Below are positions 9,657 to 19,483 of a stretch of DNA of 45,489 nucleotides, one piece after another. The DNA comes from Chthoniobacteraceae bacterium (GTDB lineage: Bacteria; Verrucomicrobiota; Verrucomicrobiia; Chthoniobacterales; Chthoniobacteraceae), in assembly GCA_031409655.1 (NCBI GenBank), contig JANNXQ010000043.1:1-45489 (forward strand), given 5' to 3'. Both the position numbers and the translations under genes were made by a program. Positions within the stretch are counted from its first letter, which is position 1. The number at the start of each line of letters is the position of its first letter. The notes below the pieces were generated by a model that saw only the letters and a program-made list of their open reading frames with translations, ran no database searches and was not told where the DNA came from.

Positions 9657-11033
9657 TCAATAGTTCACGGTTGCTCCGCCTTTTGCCCGGGCCTTTCCGC
9701 CAAGCCACCATTCCTTCGGTCCTTCCGCTTCGATCTTCTTCCACACATCGAAGAGCACCTTCTTCATTTCCTCGGTCTTATCCGGCATGGCCGTGGCCAG
9801 GTCGTGTTCTTCCTTCCAGTCTTTCTGAATCTCGAAGAGCTGAAACTCGGTGAGCTGGTCGTTGCCGACGATTTTCCAATCGCCCATGCGGAGGGCAACA
9901 CGATCATCGGGCGGCGAGCAATGGGTGCGCCAGAAGAGAGGCACCTTGCGTTCCACCGGCTTCCCCGCAAAGGCGGGAAGCAGGCTGACTCCGTCAATGG
10001 TGCGATCTTTCGGCAGGGCGACGCCTGCCACCTCCAACACCGTCGCGAAGATGTCGGTGCCGATCACCGGAACATCGCTCACCGTTCCTGCCTTGATATG
10101 CCCTGGCCAGCGCACGATGCCTGGCACGCGGATGCCGCCTTCGTAGTCGCTGCGTTTGCGACCGCGCAGGCCGCCCGTTGATCCACCTTTGATGCCGCCC
10201 TTGCCTTCGGGTCCGTTGTCCGACGTGAAGAAGAACAACGTATTCTCCGTGAGGCCCTTGGCGTCGAGTGCGTCCATGACCATGCCCAAGCCGTTGTCCA
10301 TCTGCGTGATGACGCCCATGTGCTCGCTGTTGGGATGCCCTGGATAGAGACCTGAAAAGCGCGGATCAGCAGCAATCGGATAATGAGGTTCATGCACCCA
10401 GACGGAGAGAACGAAGGGCTTCGTCGGGTCGCGAATGTCATTGAGCCAATGGATGGCCTCGGCGGCCACGAGTTGGGCGGAGAAGCCTTCCAGCGGTCCC
10501 ACAGGCTTGCCGTTGCGCACAAAGTTGTTCGGGTTCTTGTGGCTGGGGGCGGCGTTGTTGTGCGTGGCCATCCAGTAGTCGTAACCGTGGTCATTTGGTT
10601 GCGGAAACTCGGCTGTGTTGAACTGCTGCTTGGAGTTGAGATGCCATTTGCCGACGTGGCAAGTCTCGTAGCCGATTTCCTTCAACAGCTTCGGATAGGT
10701 GATCTCGCTCTTCCGCAGATGAGCTTCATGGTTTCCGGAAAGGTGCTGCCAGACACCATTGCGATACGGCGTGCGGCCGGTGAGAATCGCCGAGCGCGAG
10801 GGCGAGCACACGCCGCAGGCCGAGTAACACTGGTTGAACTTCACGCCTTGGGCTGCGAGCCCGGCCAGGTTCGGCGTCTTGATCTCGGTATTGCCATACG
10901 GAGAGGTGTCGCCCCAGCCCAGATCATCGGCCAGGAAGACCACGATGTTGGGCTTGGATTTATCGGCTGCGGTCAGGCTAGCCAGTGGCGCGAGGAGCAG
11001 GGTCGCAATGATCGAGAGAGTGAGTTTCATCAT
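9657..11033 (-). CDS. S1 sulfatase, secreted
   Basis: PNIVVFLADDLG, CSPSRSAILTG, GKWHL, HEPH, TSDNGP. Confidence 0.95.
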   Translation of the reverse strand: MMKLTLSIIATLLLAPLASLTAADKSKPNIVVFLADDLGWGDTSPYGNTEIKTPNLAGLAAQGVKFNQCYSACGVCSPSRSAILTGRTPYRNGVWQHLSGNHEAHLRKSEITYPKLLKEIGYETCHVGKWHLNSKQQFNTAEFPQPNDHGYDYWMATHNNAAPSHKNPNNFVRNGKPVGPLEGFSAQLVAAEAIHWLNDIRDPTKPFVLSVWVHEPHYPIAADPRFSGLYPGHPNSEHMGVITQMDNGLGMVMDALDAKGLTENTLFFFTSDNGPEGKGGIKGGSTGGLRGRKRSDYEGGIRVPGIVRWPGHIKAGTVSDVPVIGTDIFATVLEVAGVALPKDRTIDGVSLLPAFAGKPVERKVPLFWRTHCSPPDDRVALRMGDWKIVGNDQLTEFQLFEIQKDWKEEHDLATAMPDKTEEMKKVLFDVWKKIEAEGPKEWWLGGKARAKGGATVNY

Positions 11034-11059
11034 GGTGGTGCTTTAGGCAAAGGATGATC

Positions 11060-11917
11060 CTATTTCAAAATGTCGTTTGCTTTCAGGAACTCGACGGAGC
11101 GCTTCATCGTCAGATCAAAATCAGCGTCCCCGTTCCCCTTGCGGAAAAAAGAGCCGTTGAAGAAACCGTGGTTCTTGCCATCGAAGGGCACGAGCACACA
11201 CTCGTTGCCTGCTTCCTTCATGAGCTTGGTGAAGCGTTCCGCGTTCTCGAAGGGAACCGTCTTGTCGGCGGTTCCGTGGAAAACCAGGGTCGGCGCGATG
11301 CCCTTCCGCACGTGGTGACAGGGAGACAGGTCCGTCTGCTGCTCGGGCTTGAAGTTCTTCGCGCCATAACCTTTGTCCGTCGTGTCGAGCACGGGATTGA
11401 AGAGGATCATCGCATTCGGGACCGAGCTGATCCTCGTCTTCTCCCCGGCTTCTTCGTTGCCTTCGATGAGGCCCGTGCAGGCGGCAATGTGACCGCCCGC
11501 AGAGCCGCCAGCAGCGACGATTCGATCCGGATCAACGCCGAGTTCCGCCGCGTGTGCGCGAACCCATCGAATCGCCGACTTGGCATCCTTCACGCACTCG
11601 AACGGCGTCGTCTTATTCCGGCTCTTCACGCGGTAATCGGCTGAGATGGCGAGCATCCCCTGTCCGGCCATGACTTTGGCCTGCTGATAAAATTGTTTCG
11701 TGCTGCCGCCGCTCCAGCCACCGCCAAAGAAAAACACGATGGCGGGCCGACGATCCGCAGCCATGAATCCAGCCGGCTCGAAGACGTCCAGCTTCAGCTC
11801 GACACCACCCACCGTCTTGTAAGTCAGCGAGCGAGTCGGTGTGATGTCGGCCGCCCGGGCTGGCAAAATTCCTAAGCCCAGGACGAAGCTGATGAACAAT
11901 GGGAGGGTTTGTTTCAT
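11060..11917 (-). CDS. Alpha/beta hydrolase (carbohydrate esterase/BD-FAE-like), secreted
   Basis: FFGGGW oxyanion motif, GGSAGG nucleophile elbow, HGTADKTVP (Asp), HGFFN (His); signal peptide. Confidence 0.9.
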   Translation of the reverse strand: MKQTLPLFISFVLGLGILPARAADITPTRSLTYKTVGGVELKLDVFEPAGFMAADRRPAIVFFFGGGWSGGSTKQFYQQAKVMAGQGMLAISADYRVKSRNKTTPFECVKDAKSAIRWVRAHAAELGVDPDRIVAAGGSAGGHIAACTGLIEGNEEAGEKTRISSVPNAMILFNPVLDTTDKGYGAKNFKPEQQTDLSPCHHVRKGIAPTLVFHGTADKTVPFENAERFTKLMKEAGNECVLVPFDGKNHGFFNGSFFRKGNGDADFDLTMKRSVEFLKANDILK

Positions 11918-11936
11918 GGGGGAACTCGTTCTGCGG

Positions 11937-13529
11937 TTACTTGGCTGAAGGGCCGACGAACTCCGCGCGGCTCACCTTGCCGTCGCCGTTCTTGTCGAAA
12001 TTCTTGAAGCGGGCTTCGAGGTTTTCCTGGCCCTTCAGTCCGGCTTTGTATTCCTCGAAGGAGAGGAAATCGTCCTTGTTCGTGTCCCAGCGGGCAAAGG
12101 CCGGCGCGCGGTTGGGCGCGGCTTTCGTCGGCGTGGGTTCAGCGTTGGCGCGGTCGGCGGCGCTGATGCACTCGGGGCTGGGGTTTTCCGGGAGCGTGGC
12201 TTTCCAGTCGAGCGCGAGTTTCTTCAGGCGGGCGACGAGGTCGGGATGCTCCTTCGCCAAGTCTTGGGCCTCGGCACGGTCTTCATCGAGGCGGTGCAAC
12301 TCGACGCGGGCGCCATCGGCGGTCATCGCGAGTTTCCAATCGCCGTCGCGCACCGCCAGGCGCGGCCACCAGTCAGGCTCCGCGCTCTTGCCCTGCCAGT
12401 CCCAGAAAATGGGACGCGTGCGGGGGATGGTCTTGCCTTCGAAGGCAGCGAGGAGGTTTTCGCCATCGCCACGATAGTCTGCGGGCAACGTGAGGCCCGC
12501 AGCCGCGCAAAGGGTCGGCAGCAAATCAACCGCCGTGAACGCCGTGCTGTTGTTCTTAACTCCCGGCGGAGTGTGACCGGGCCAGCGCACGAGGAACGGC
12601 ACGCGCACGCCGCCCTCGAACACGCTGCGCTTCCGACCGCGGAGTCCGCCCGTTTCGCCGACGCTGTAATAAGTGTCGTAGCCGGTCACATTCGCATCGG
12701 GGTCCAGCTTCTTCGGTCCGGCCTTCGCCGCCGTGGATTCCGGGCCGTTGTCGCTGGAGAACATCACGATGGTGTTGTCCGCGACGCCGGCGGCTTTCAG
12801 CGCGTCGAGGATCTTGCCGACGGCGTTGTCGCCATCGGTGATGACGGCGGCATAGACCTGTTTCTGGGGATCGAGATGCTTCCACCGCTCCATGGATTCC
12901 GGCGTGGGAACGTGCGGCGTGTGGCTCTCGTGAAGCCACGCGTTGATGAAGAACGGCTTGTCCTTGTTCGCTTGGATGAAGGCCACGGTGTTCGCCGCCG
13001 GGGCGTGCAAATCTGCCGACGGCCACTCCGCGCCGCCGTTGAAGACGGACGCCTCGTCGTAGCCATACGCCGCCGGCTTGGGCGCGCCTTGCGTGTTGCG
13101 ATTGGTCAGATGCCACTTGCCGAAATGCGCGGTGCGATAACCCGCCTGTTTGAGAAGACGCGGCAGCGTCGGCGCCTTCGGGTCGAGCCAGTCGGGCATC
13201 CCGCGCGCGTGGTTCTGCTCCGGCGCGGCGAAGTGCTGATGCACGGAATACCGCGCCGGATAATGGCCCGTCATCACCGCCGTGCGACTCGGCGAGCACA
13301 CGGGATTGAGCACGTTGAACTGCTGAAAGTCCGTTCCCTCCGCCGCGAGTCGGTCGAGATTCGGCGTCTTCAACCACGGATGCCCGTGACACGACAAGTC
13401 CCCCCAGCCCCAGTCATCGGCGAAGATGAAGACGATGTTAGGCTTCGGCGCCGGTTCGGCAGCCGTGGCGAATAGGGACGATGCGATGTTGACGAGCGAG
13501 AGGCCGAGCAAAAGGGCGGAATGTTTCAT
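11937..13529 (-). CDS. S1 sulfatase with C-terminal EF-hand pair
   Basis: PNIVFIFADDWG, CSPSRTAVMTG, GKWHL, SSDNGP; EF-hand loops DTNKDDFLSFEE and DKNGDGKVSRAE. Confidence 0.94.
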   Translation of the reverse strand: MKHSALLLGLSLVNIASSLFATAAEPAPKPNIVFIFADDWGWGDLSCHGHPWLKTPNLDRLAAEGTDFQQFNVLNPVCSPSRTAVMTGHYPARYSVHQHFAAPEQNHARGMPDWLDPKAPTLPRLLKQAGYRTAHFGKWHLTNRNTQGAPKPAAYGYDEASVFNGGAEWPSADLHAPAANTVAFIQANKDKPFFINAWLHESHTPHVPTPESMERWKHLDPQKQVYAAVITDGDNAVGKILDALKAAGVADNTIVMFSSDNGPESTAAKAGPKKLDPDANVTGYDTYYSVGETGGLRGRKRSVFEGGVRVPFLVRWPGHTPPGVKNNSTAFTAVDLLPTLCAAAGLTLPADYRGDGENLLAAFEGKTIPRTRPIFWDWQGKSAEPDWWPRLAVRDGDWKLAMTADGARVELHRLDEDRAEAQDLAKEHPDLVARLKKLALDWKATLPENPSPECISAADRANAEPTPTKAAPNRAPAFARWDTNKDDFLSFEEYKAGLKGQENLEARFKNFDKNGDGKVSRAEFVGPSAK

Positions 13530-13553
13530 GGCGATGGCGTTTGAATATGAAAG

Positions 13554-16500
13554 CTACTCGCGCCAGACTTGCGGCTTGTAGAATCGCCTGGTGGCAGAGG
13601 GGCTGATGGGGAGGGTGAATTGGAGCTGGCCGCCGGTGCCCAAGATGACGCTGCCTTCGTTGATCCAGCTATTGCTGGTGAGCGTGGAGTTGCCTTGGAT
13701 TTGATAGAACTGGCCGAGGCCGGTTTGTGGAATCGTGATGATGAAAGTGTCCGTGGCTCCGATGGTTTGGCGGGTGACGCTACTGATCTTGTAGTTTGCC
13801 GCGGTGATGGGTGCGGAGGCGGTGATGCGTCGTTCGGGGGAGTTGGCGCTTTCCAGTGATGCAGGAGCGAAGAGGGTCTTGATGACGTAGTAGTAGCTGG
13901 TGCCGGTGGTGAGGCCGGTGTCGGTGAAGCTGGTGCCGGTGGATGTGCTGACCAGCGTGTAGGGGCCGCCAGGCGTGGTGGAGCGGCTGATTTGGTAACT
14001 AGTGGCCCCGCTGACGGATGTCCAATTCAGCGTGGCCTGGGTGCTGGTGGTGCTTGCAGGATTGCTGACAAAGGTGGCGGGCGTGGGCGGCACGATGAGC
14101 GATATCCAATTGAGATTGGCCATGCTGTTGTTGGTGCTGCTCCCGTTTTCGGTGAAGACGAGGTAGATGGAGCGACTGCCGGTCACGGGAGCGAGGCTGG
14201 CTTCGATGGTCTCGAAGTTTTGCCAGCCACTGGTGGTGGGCATGGCGACGGAGCCGATGACTTCGCCGGTGGTGCTATCGAGGCGGACCTCGATGCGGCC
14301 TTCGGGGCGGCCTGACGGGCGTGCCATGCGGAAGCGCATGGCGGAGCCGCTGCCGGGGGCGAGGTGGTCAAAACGGAGCCAGTCGTTCCGGCTGATGTTG
14401 CCGACGTTTTGGCCGCCGCCAGGGTCGGTGGTGGTTTCCAGTGTGACTCCGCTGCTGGCGTTACTGGCTTCCGCTTCGAGCTTGGTGAACTGCGGGCCGA
14501 TGGGATCGAGCAAGATCTCGAAGCAGTAGAGGGAGTCGCCCGCGATGCTGGACCAGACAGAGGTGTTTGCCGTGGCGGGGATTTGATCGGTGACGCCTTC
14601 AAGCGCGAGGGTGTCATGCCAGCGAGTGCGTTTCACAGCGGCCTCGGAGAAGGTGCGGCCGGTCGGCGCGATGCGGATGGGCACGGCGTTGGCGTTGTTG
14701 TTCAGCACCCAGACGGTCATGAGGTTGCCGCGAATCAACGCAATCGTGGAAGTGACTTCGGTGGGCAAGTTCACGTCCAGCGCGTGGCCGTAGTTCGAGG
14801 TGGTGCTGAGCTTCTCGAAGATGAAGAACTTCACGTTCCGCTCGACGGTGGTGCCGTCGTTCAAAATGTAGCAGTGGCCCTGCGCAGTGGTGCCAATGGC
14901 GAGCCAGCCGTTGATGCCGGAGAAGCCTGCACGAATGGATTCCCACATGAATGAGGATGTGGGGATTTCTTCGGAAAGCAGATCGCCCTTCCAGCCGTGG
15001 AGTTCGGTGCTCCAGATTTCTTTTCCGGGCAACTCACTTGAGGCCTCATCGGCAAACTTCTGGGCAGTTCCTGTTTTGTCGGTATTATGACAACCGGCGA
15101 TGTCGAAGGCGGGTCTGGTGGTGTTGCTGATCGAATTCACCCATGAGGCTCCTTGAGAGTAGCTCCAGGCGGATGGGGCGACAATGAGAGGAATGTCTGC
15201 CGGAGCAAGGTTGGCCACCATGTAGTTCTTTATGTTCAGAACGTGAGTAGGGGTGACATAGTTCCACTCATTGGTCATGTCCGTGAAGCTGATCTTGAAC
15301 CCGTAGGTCTTCATGAGATTGATGTAGCGCACGAGATACTCGGCGCACTTCTGCCAGTTAAAGCTGAACGAGCTGCCGTCACCGGGATCGCCGGTGATGA
15401 AATACGGATAAGGCTGCCAGCGAGCGTTGTTATAGGGCGCGGGCGCTTCATTGAGCGGGCGAGGCGAGGCGAAGAACTTGATGTTCGGTTTTGCGGCCTT
15501 CATCGCGGTCATCATGGGGATGATCTTGTCCGTGTAAGCCGTGAGATCGTAGTTGCCCTCGGTGAGTTCGTATTCGCAGTTGATGGCGACCCGGATGTAA
15601 TCCACGTCGCAGTCCACCATCGACCACCGCGCCACGGTGTTTTTGTTCGCGGTCGATCCATACCAATACCACAGCCGCTCGTAATCGAGGCCGTAGCGCA
15701 TCTTTTGTCTTTTAGTGTTGCCCACGGTCAAGTCGATCCCGGCTGGCGCTCCGACGGCGGTGACTTTCAGAAGACCATTCGCCCCGGAGTTATCAATGCT
15801 GAACGACCAGACGCTGGTGTTCACGCCTGGGGAAAAGGCCAGGCTGTTGTTGATGATGTCGCCGTTCTCGACCTCCATTACGGTCCAAGTGCCCCCGCCG
15901 TAACCCGTGGAGTAATAGCCGACATCGAGCAGCGAACCGCTCTCAAAGGTGGCGGAGGTGCCCGTGGTCGCCGTGGCGCTGTCGTGGATGAAGATCTTGG
16001 TCAGCCCGCCAAAGTCGATGCCCACCTTGAGCGTGGAGCCGGCGTGCTGCTTCCAGGTTCCATCCGTGTCCCCGGTGCTGGCCGCGATCCCGATCTGACT
16101 GATGGAGGAACCCAGCACGGTGAACTTACCCGTGCCCGTCCGGGTCGCATCGCCGAGCTTCACGCCACTGCGCGTGGTGAAGGCTCCGCCGGAGATTTCG
16201 AGGGTGCCGGTGCCCGCGTTGACTGCCGACTTGTTGCCGCCCAGGTAGAGGGAGTAGCCCGCCAAGCCTCTGGAAACTCTCAAGCTGCCACCGCTCAGGC
16301 GATACAGCCCCGTGTTGCCGAGGGTTCTGCCGATCTCGAGTTCGTTGATCGTGGCCGTGGTTCCAGTGTGGAAGAGCGTGCCTTCCACATGACTGTCCGC
16401 CGAGGAGCTGGCGGTGGCCGTGAAGGTTCCTCCCGACAAGGTCAGGGTTCCGCCGAGAAAGCGGAGGGCGTTCAAGTTGGGGGTCGTGCCCGTGTTGAAC

Positions 16501-16676
16501 TGCACCGTTCCGGAATTGATGATCGCCACATCTCCGGCCGCGGGACCGGTGTTGTTGTCCCAGTTCGATCCCGTCGCCCAATCACTGCTTTCGGAACCGT
16601 CCCAACTCACGTCCGCCGCGTGGCTGGCCAGACAAAGCAAGCAAGTGGCGAGCAGGCTAGCGACGGTGCGTTTCAT
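13554..16676 (-). CDS. Large secreted multidomain glycosidase: beta-helix-like N-terminal repeats + GH30-like catalytic domain + CBM6-like + FN3 + verrucomicrobial-type C-terminal domain
   Basis: Start placed at MKRTVASLL (signal peptide). WDGSESSDWATGSNW and GTLTLSGG repeats; FASPR, TNEW (acid/base), WSTE (nucleophile); LEAE...GGGQNVGNI...IEVRLDS...TSGWQ (CBM6-like); LNWTSVSGATSY...FTDTGLTTGTSYYYV (FN3); YQIQGNSTL...W...RRFYK tail. Confidence 0.8.
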   Translation of the reverse strand: MKRTVASLLATCLLCLASHAADVSWDGSESSDWATGSNWDNNTGPAAGDVAIINSGTVQFNTGTTPNLNALRFLGGTLTLSGGTFTATASSSADSHVEGTLFHTGTTATINELEIGRTLGNTGLYRLSGGSLRVSRGLAGYSLYLGGNKSAVNAGTGTLEISGGAFTTRSGVKLGDATRTGTGKFTVLGSSISQIGIAASTGDTDGTWKQHAGSTLKVGIDFGGLTKIFIHDSATATTGTSATFESGSLLDVGYYSTGYGGGTWTVMEVENGDIINNSLAFSPGVNTSVWSFSIDNSGANGLLKVTAVGAPAGIDLTVGNTKRQKMRYGLDYERLWYWYGSTANKNTVARWSMVDCDVDYIRVAINCEYELTEGNYDLTAYTDKIIPMMTAMKAAKPNIKFFASPRPLNEAPAPYNNARWQPYPYFITGDPGDGSSFSFNWQKCAEYLVRYINLMKTYGFKISFTDMTNEWNYVTPTHVLNIKNYMVANLAPADIPLIVAPSAWSYSQGASWVNSISNTTRPAFDIAGCHNTDKTGTAQKFADEASSELPGKEIWSTELHGWKGDLLSEEIPTSSFMWESIRAGFSGINGWLAIGTTAQGHCYILNDGTTVERNVKFFIFEKLSTTSNYGHALDVNLPTEVTSTIALIRGNLMTVWVLNNNANAVPIRIAPTGRTFSEAAVKRTRWHDTLALEGVTDQIPATANTSVWSSIAGDSLYCFEILLDPIGPQFTKLEAEASNASSGVTLETTTDPGGGQNVGNISRNDWLRFDHLAPGSGSAMRFRMARPSGRPEGRIEVRLDSTTGEVIGSVAMPTTSGWQNFETIEASLAPVTGSRSIYLVFTENGSSTNNSMANLNWISLIVPPTPATFVSNPASTTSTQATLNWTSVSGATSYQISRSTTPGGPYTLVSTSTGTSFTDTGLTTGTSYYYVIKTLFAPASLESANSPERRITASAPITAANYKISSVTRQTIGATDTFIITIPQTGLGQFYQIQGNSTLTSNSWINEGSVILGTGGQLQFTLPISPSATRRFYKPQVWRE

Positions 16677-16686
16677 GATTGCGTGT

Positions 16687-18262
16687 TCATGGCTTTCTTT
16701 TCCTCGGGGCCTTCTTCGCGGCGGCGGGCGGCGCGGGCGCTTCGGCGAGCAACGCCTCCAGCCGGGCTTGCATCCGCGACGCCACTTCCGGATTTGCGCG
16801 CACCACATTGCGGGCCTGCGAGGGATCGGTGGCCAGGTGGTAAAGCTGCGCATCGGGCGCGTCGGGTTTGAATTGTCCGTCCTCGATGTCGCTGTTCGCT
16901 GCACCGGCGAACTTCAGCGCCGCCGGGCCGCCGAGCAGGTGCTCTCCGGGCTTGTCTGCCATGAAGCCGCCGCCACCGCGGGCCCCGATGTAGAGCCACG
17001 GGCCCTGGCGCAGCGCGAGATTCTTCCGCTGTGCGGGCGCGATGACGAGTTCGCCGCGCAGTGGCTGGGCCGGACTGCCACTGAAGGCGGGCAGGACGTT
17101 CACGCTGTCGGGCGCGTCGCCAGGGGCGAGGTTCGCGCCGGTGAGCGCGGCGAACGTGGCGAACAAGTCGATGTGGCAGATGAGTTGATCCGACACGGAG
17201 CCGGCGGGAATTTTTTGCCGGCCAGCGCGCGATGAAGGGCACCCGATGCCCGCCCTCCCACGCGTCGAATTTGAACCCGAGCAGGTCGCCGTTGAGTCGA
17301 TGCCCGGCTTGCCACGCTTGCTGGCCTCCTTGGTTGAGCATTCCGCCGTTGTCGCTGGTGAGGATGACGAGGGTGTTCTCGCGCAGCTTCAACTCGTCAA
17401 GGGTGCGCATCACTTCGCCGACCATCCAATCGAACTCCTGGATGAAATCGCCGTAACGTCCGGCTTCGCTGCTGCCTTTGAAACGCGCCCCGGGTGTGAA
17501 CGGGTGATGAATGTGCGGCGTGGCGAAGTAGAGGAAGAACGGCTTGTCCTTGCGCGCGCGCATCCACGCGGTGGCTTTCTCCGTGAGCGTCGTGCCGTGC
17601 TCTTCCTCGCGATAGAGCGCGTGCGCCGCCGCGCCGCCAGAGATTGCGGGCGCGAGCATCTTCTCCGGGAAAATCTGCGTCGGTGGGGTGCCACCGTATT
17701 TCAGCGGGTCCGACGGATCGAGGCCCGCGACGCGATGATCCTCCACCCACACAAAGGGCGGATGGCTGTTCACGACAGGGATGCCGAAGTAGTGATCGAA
17801 CCCGCACTCGAGCGGCCCCGGTTTCAAGTCGGCATTCCAGTCCGGCTGCGGTTTGTCGCCGAATCCGAGGTGCCATTTTCCAAAGCACGCCGTCGCATAG
17901 CCCTGACCCTTCAGCAGGCTCGCCGCGGTCGGCTTCGTCACATCGACCACCAGCGGACTCGGATTCATCACCGGGCCCCAGATATTCTTCCGAAACGGAT
18001 ACTCGCCCGTGAGCAGCGCATACCGCGACGGCGTGCAGACCGCCGACGCCGAATGCGCATCGGTGAAGCGCCGCCCCTCGCTGGCGAGTCGGTCGATGTT
18101 CGGCGTCTTCACCTGCGTCGCGCCGTAGCAACCGACGTCGCCGTAGCCGAGATCATCGGCGAGGATGAGGACGATATTCGGCGTCTCCGCTGCACAGAGC
18201 GTGGGGCTCCACGTGGGGAGAAAGAGCAGACCGATGAGGACGGGCAGGGCATGATGCTTCAT
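16687..18262 (-). pseudogene. S1 sulfatase interrupted by a one-base insertion in an A6 tract (pseudogene, phase-variable gene or sequencing error)
   Basis: N-part MKHHALPVL...ADDLG, CTPSRYALLTG, EGGHRVPFIARWP. Removing one base from the run at 17211-17216 gives ARWPAKIPAGSVSDQLICHIDLFATFA and joins ORF 16687..17196. The span is 1576 nt = 3n+1. Confidence 0.88.
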
Positions 18263-18375
18263 GGGCCGGGGCAGGGGGGACTCATACCAGACGTTCGCCG
18301 ATTCGTTCGGTCTTGGCAGCCTACAAAAATCCACCTGTGCGCGCTGGAAAACAGCGCCCACATTCAGCCCCGCTC

Positions 18376-19212
18376 ATGCCCGACCTCCCGCCGCTCACCG
18401 AAACGACTGTCGATGGACCGCGCACCCGGCGCTGGTTCCTCGAAGCCGCGGCGTGTCCGGAACTCGCCGCGTGTCGCATCGCGCGGCTCGGCTTTGACGA
18501 AGCATGCACGCCGTATTGCCGGGTGCGGCTGCGCCCCGAGGGCAGCTTCTTCCTCGACTGCGTGGAAGGGCGCGGGCGCATCTTGCTCGATGGGCGCTGG
18601 CAGCGGCTCGACGCGGGGGCGGTGTGCATGGCCCCGCCTCGGGTGCTGAATGCTTTCCACGCGGTGAGCCCGCGGTCGTGGAGTTTTGCCTGGGTGCGCT
18701 ATGGGGAGCCGTCGTGGGTGAATCCGCTCGTCGGCGCGGGTTCGCCGGTGCGGGCAGCGAGCGGGGCGGGGGAAGTTGCGCGCATCATCCTTGGGCTGCG
18801 CGCGGAGTGGGAAGGTGCGCGCGATCCGCAGATGATCCACCACTGGGTGAGCCTGCTGCACGCGACCACGCGCCGCCTCGCGAAACCGTGGCGCAACAAC
18901 GACCGCCTCGCCGCGCTGTGGGCCGAAGTTGCCGCCGATCTCGCGGCGGATTGGACGCTCACCACACTCGCCCGCCGCGTCCACATGAGCCCCGAGCACC
19001 TGCGCCGCCTCTGCCTGCGCGAACTCGGCCGCAGCCCGATGCAGCACCTCACGGCCATGCGCATCCAGCGCGCGCAGACGTTGCTCGAAAAGACCACCGA
19101 CAAGCTCGAAGCCATTGCGCCGGAAGTCGGCTACGACAGCGCGCTCGTCTTCTCCCGCGCCTTCAAGCGCTGGGTCGGCCTGAGCCCGAGCGAGTATCGG
19201 CAGCGGTGGTGA
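18376..19212 (+). CDS. AraC family transcriptional regulator
   Basis: Cupin-like N-terminus; C-terminal double HTH: LARRVHMSPEHLRRL, IAPEVGYDSALVFSRAFKRWVGLSPSEYR. Divergent from the sulfatase run. Confidence 0.93.
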   Translation: MPDLPPLTETTVDGPRTRRWFLEAAACPELAACRIARLGFDEACTPYCRVRLRPEGSFFLDCVEGRGRILLDGRWQRLDAGAVCMAPPRVLNAFHAVSPRSWSFAWVRYGEPSWVNPLVGAGSPVRAASGAGEVARIILGLRAEWEGARDPQMIHHWVSLLHATTRRLAKPWRNNDRLAALWAEVAADLAADWTLTTLARRVHMSPEHLRRLCLRELGRSPMQHLTAMRIQRAQTLLEKTTDKLEAIAPEVGYDSALVFSRAFKRWVGLSPSEYRQRW

Positions 19213-19483
19213 CTCCGATCTTCGCAGGCTCTCGAGCGCGCGCTGCGTTGCCGGGCGGATTTGCGAATCCTCAGGGATCCTCATGCCCAAGAGAACGACC
19301 AATCGGGGATCGTCTTTGCGCCAAATCGATTTCACCCGACCATGCGGCGAAGAAACTCAACCCAAGTTTGTTCCACTTATTTTCTGCGATGCTGGCTGTG
19401 TTACTGGAGTAAAGGCTGCCGGGTCACTGGTCATCGGCACGGCACTGGACAATCCGCTGCTTTGACGCCTCCGCTTCCTACCC

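Noticed and set aside
16673..17210. Arg-rich C-terminus of the 562-aa ORF as a novel domain
   Set aside because: Out-of-frame read-through after the frameshift; the true sulfatase C-terminus is in the 16687..17196 frame.
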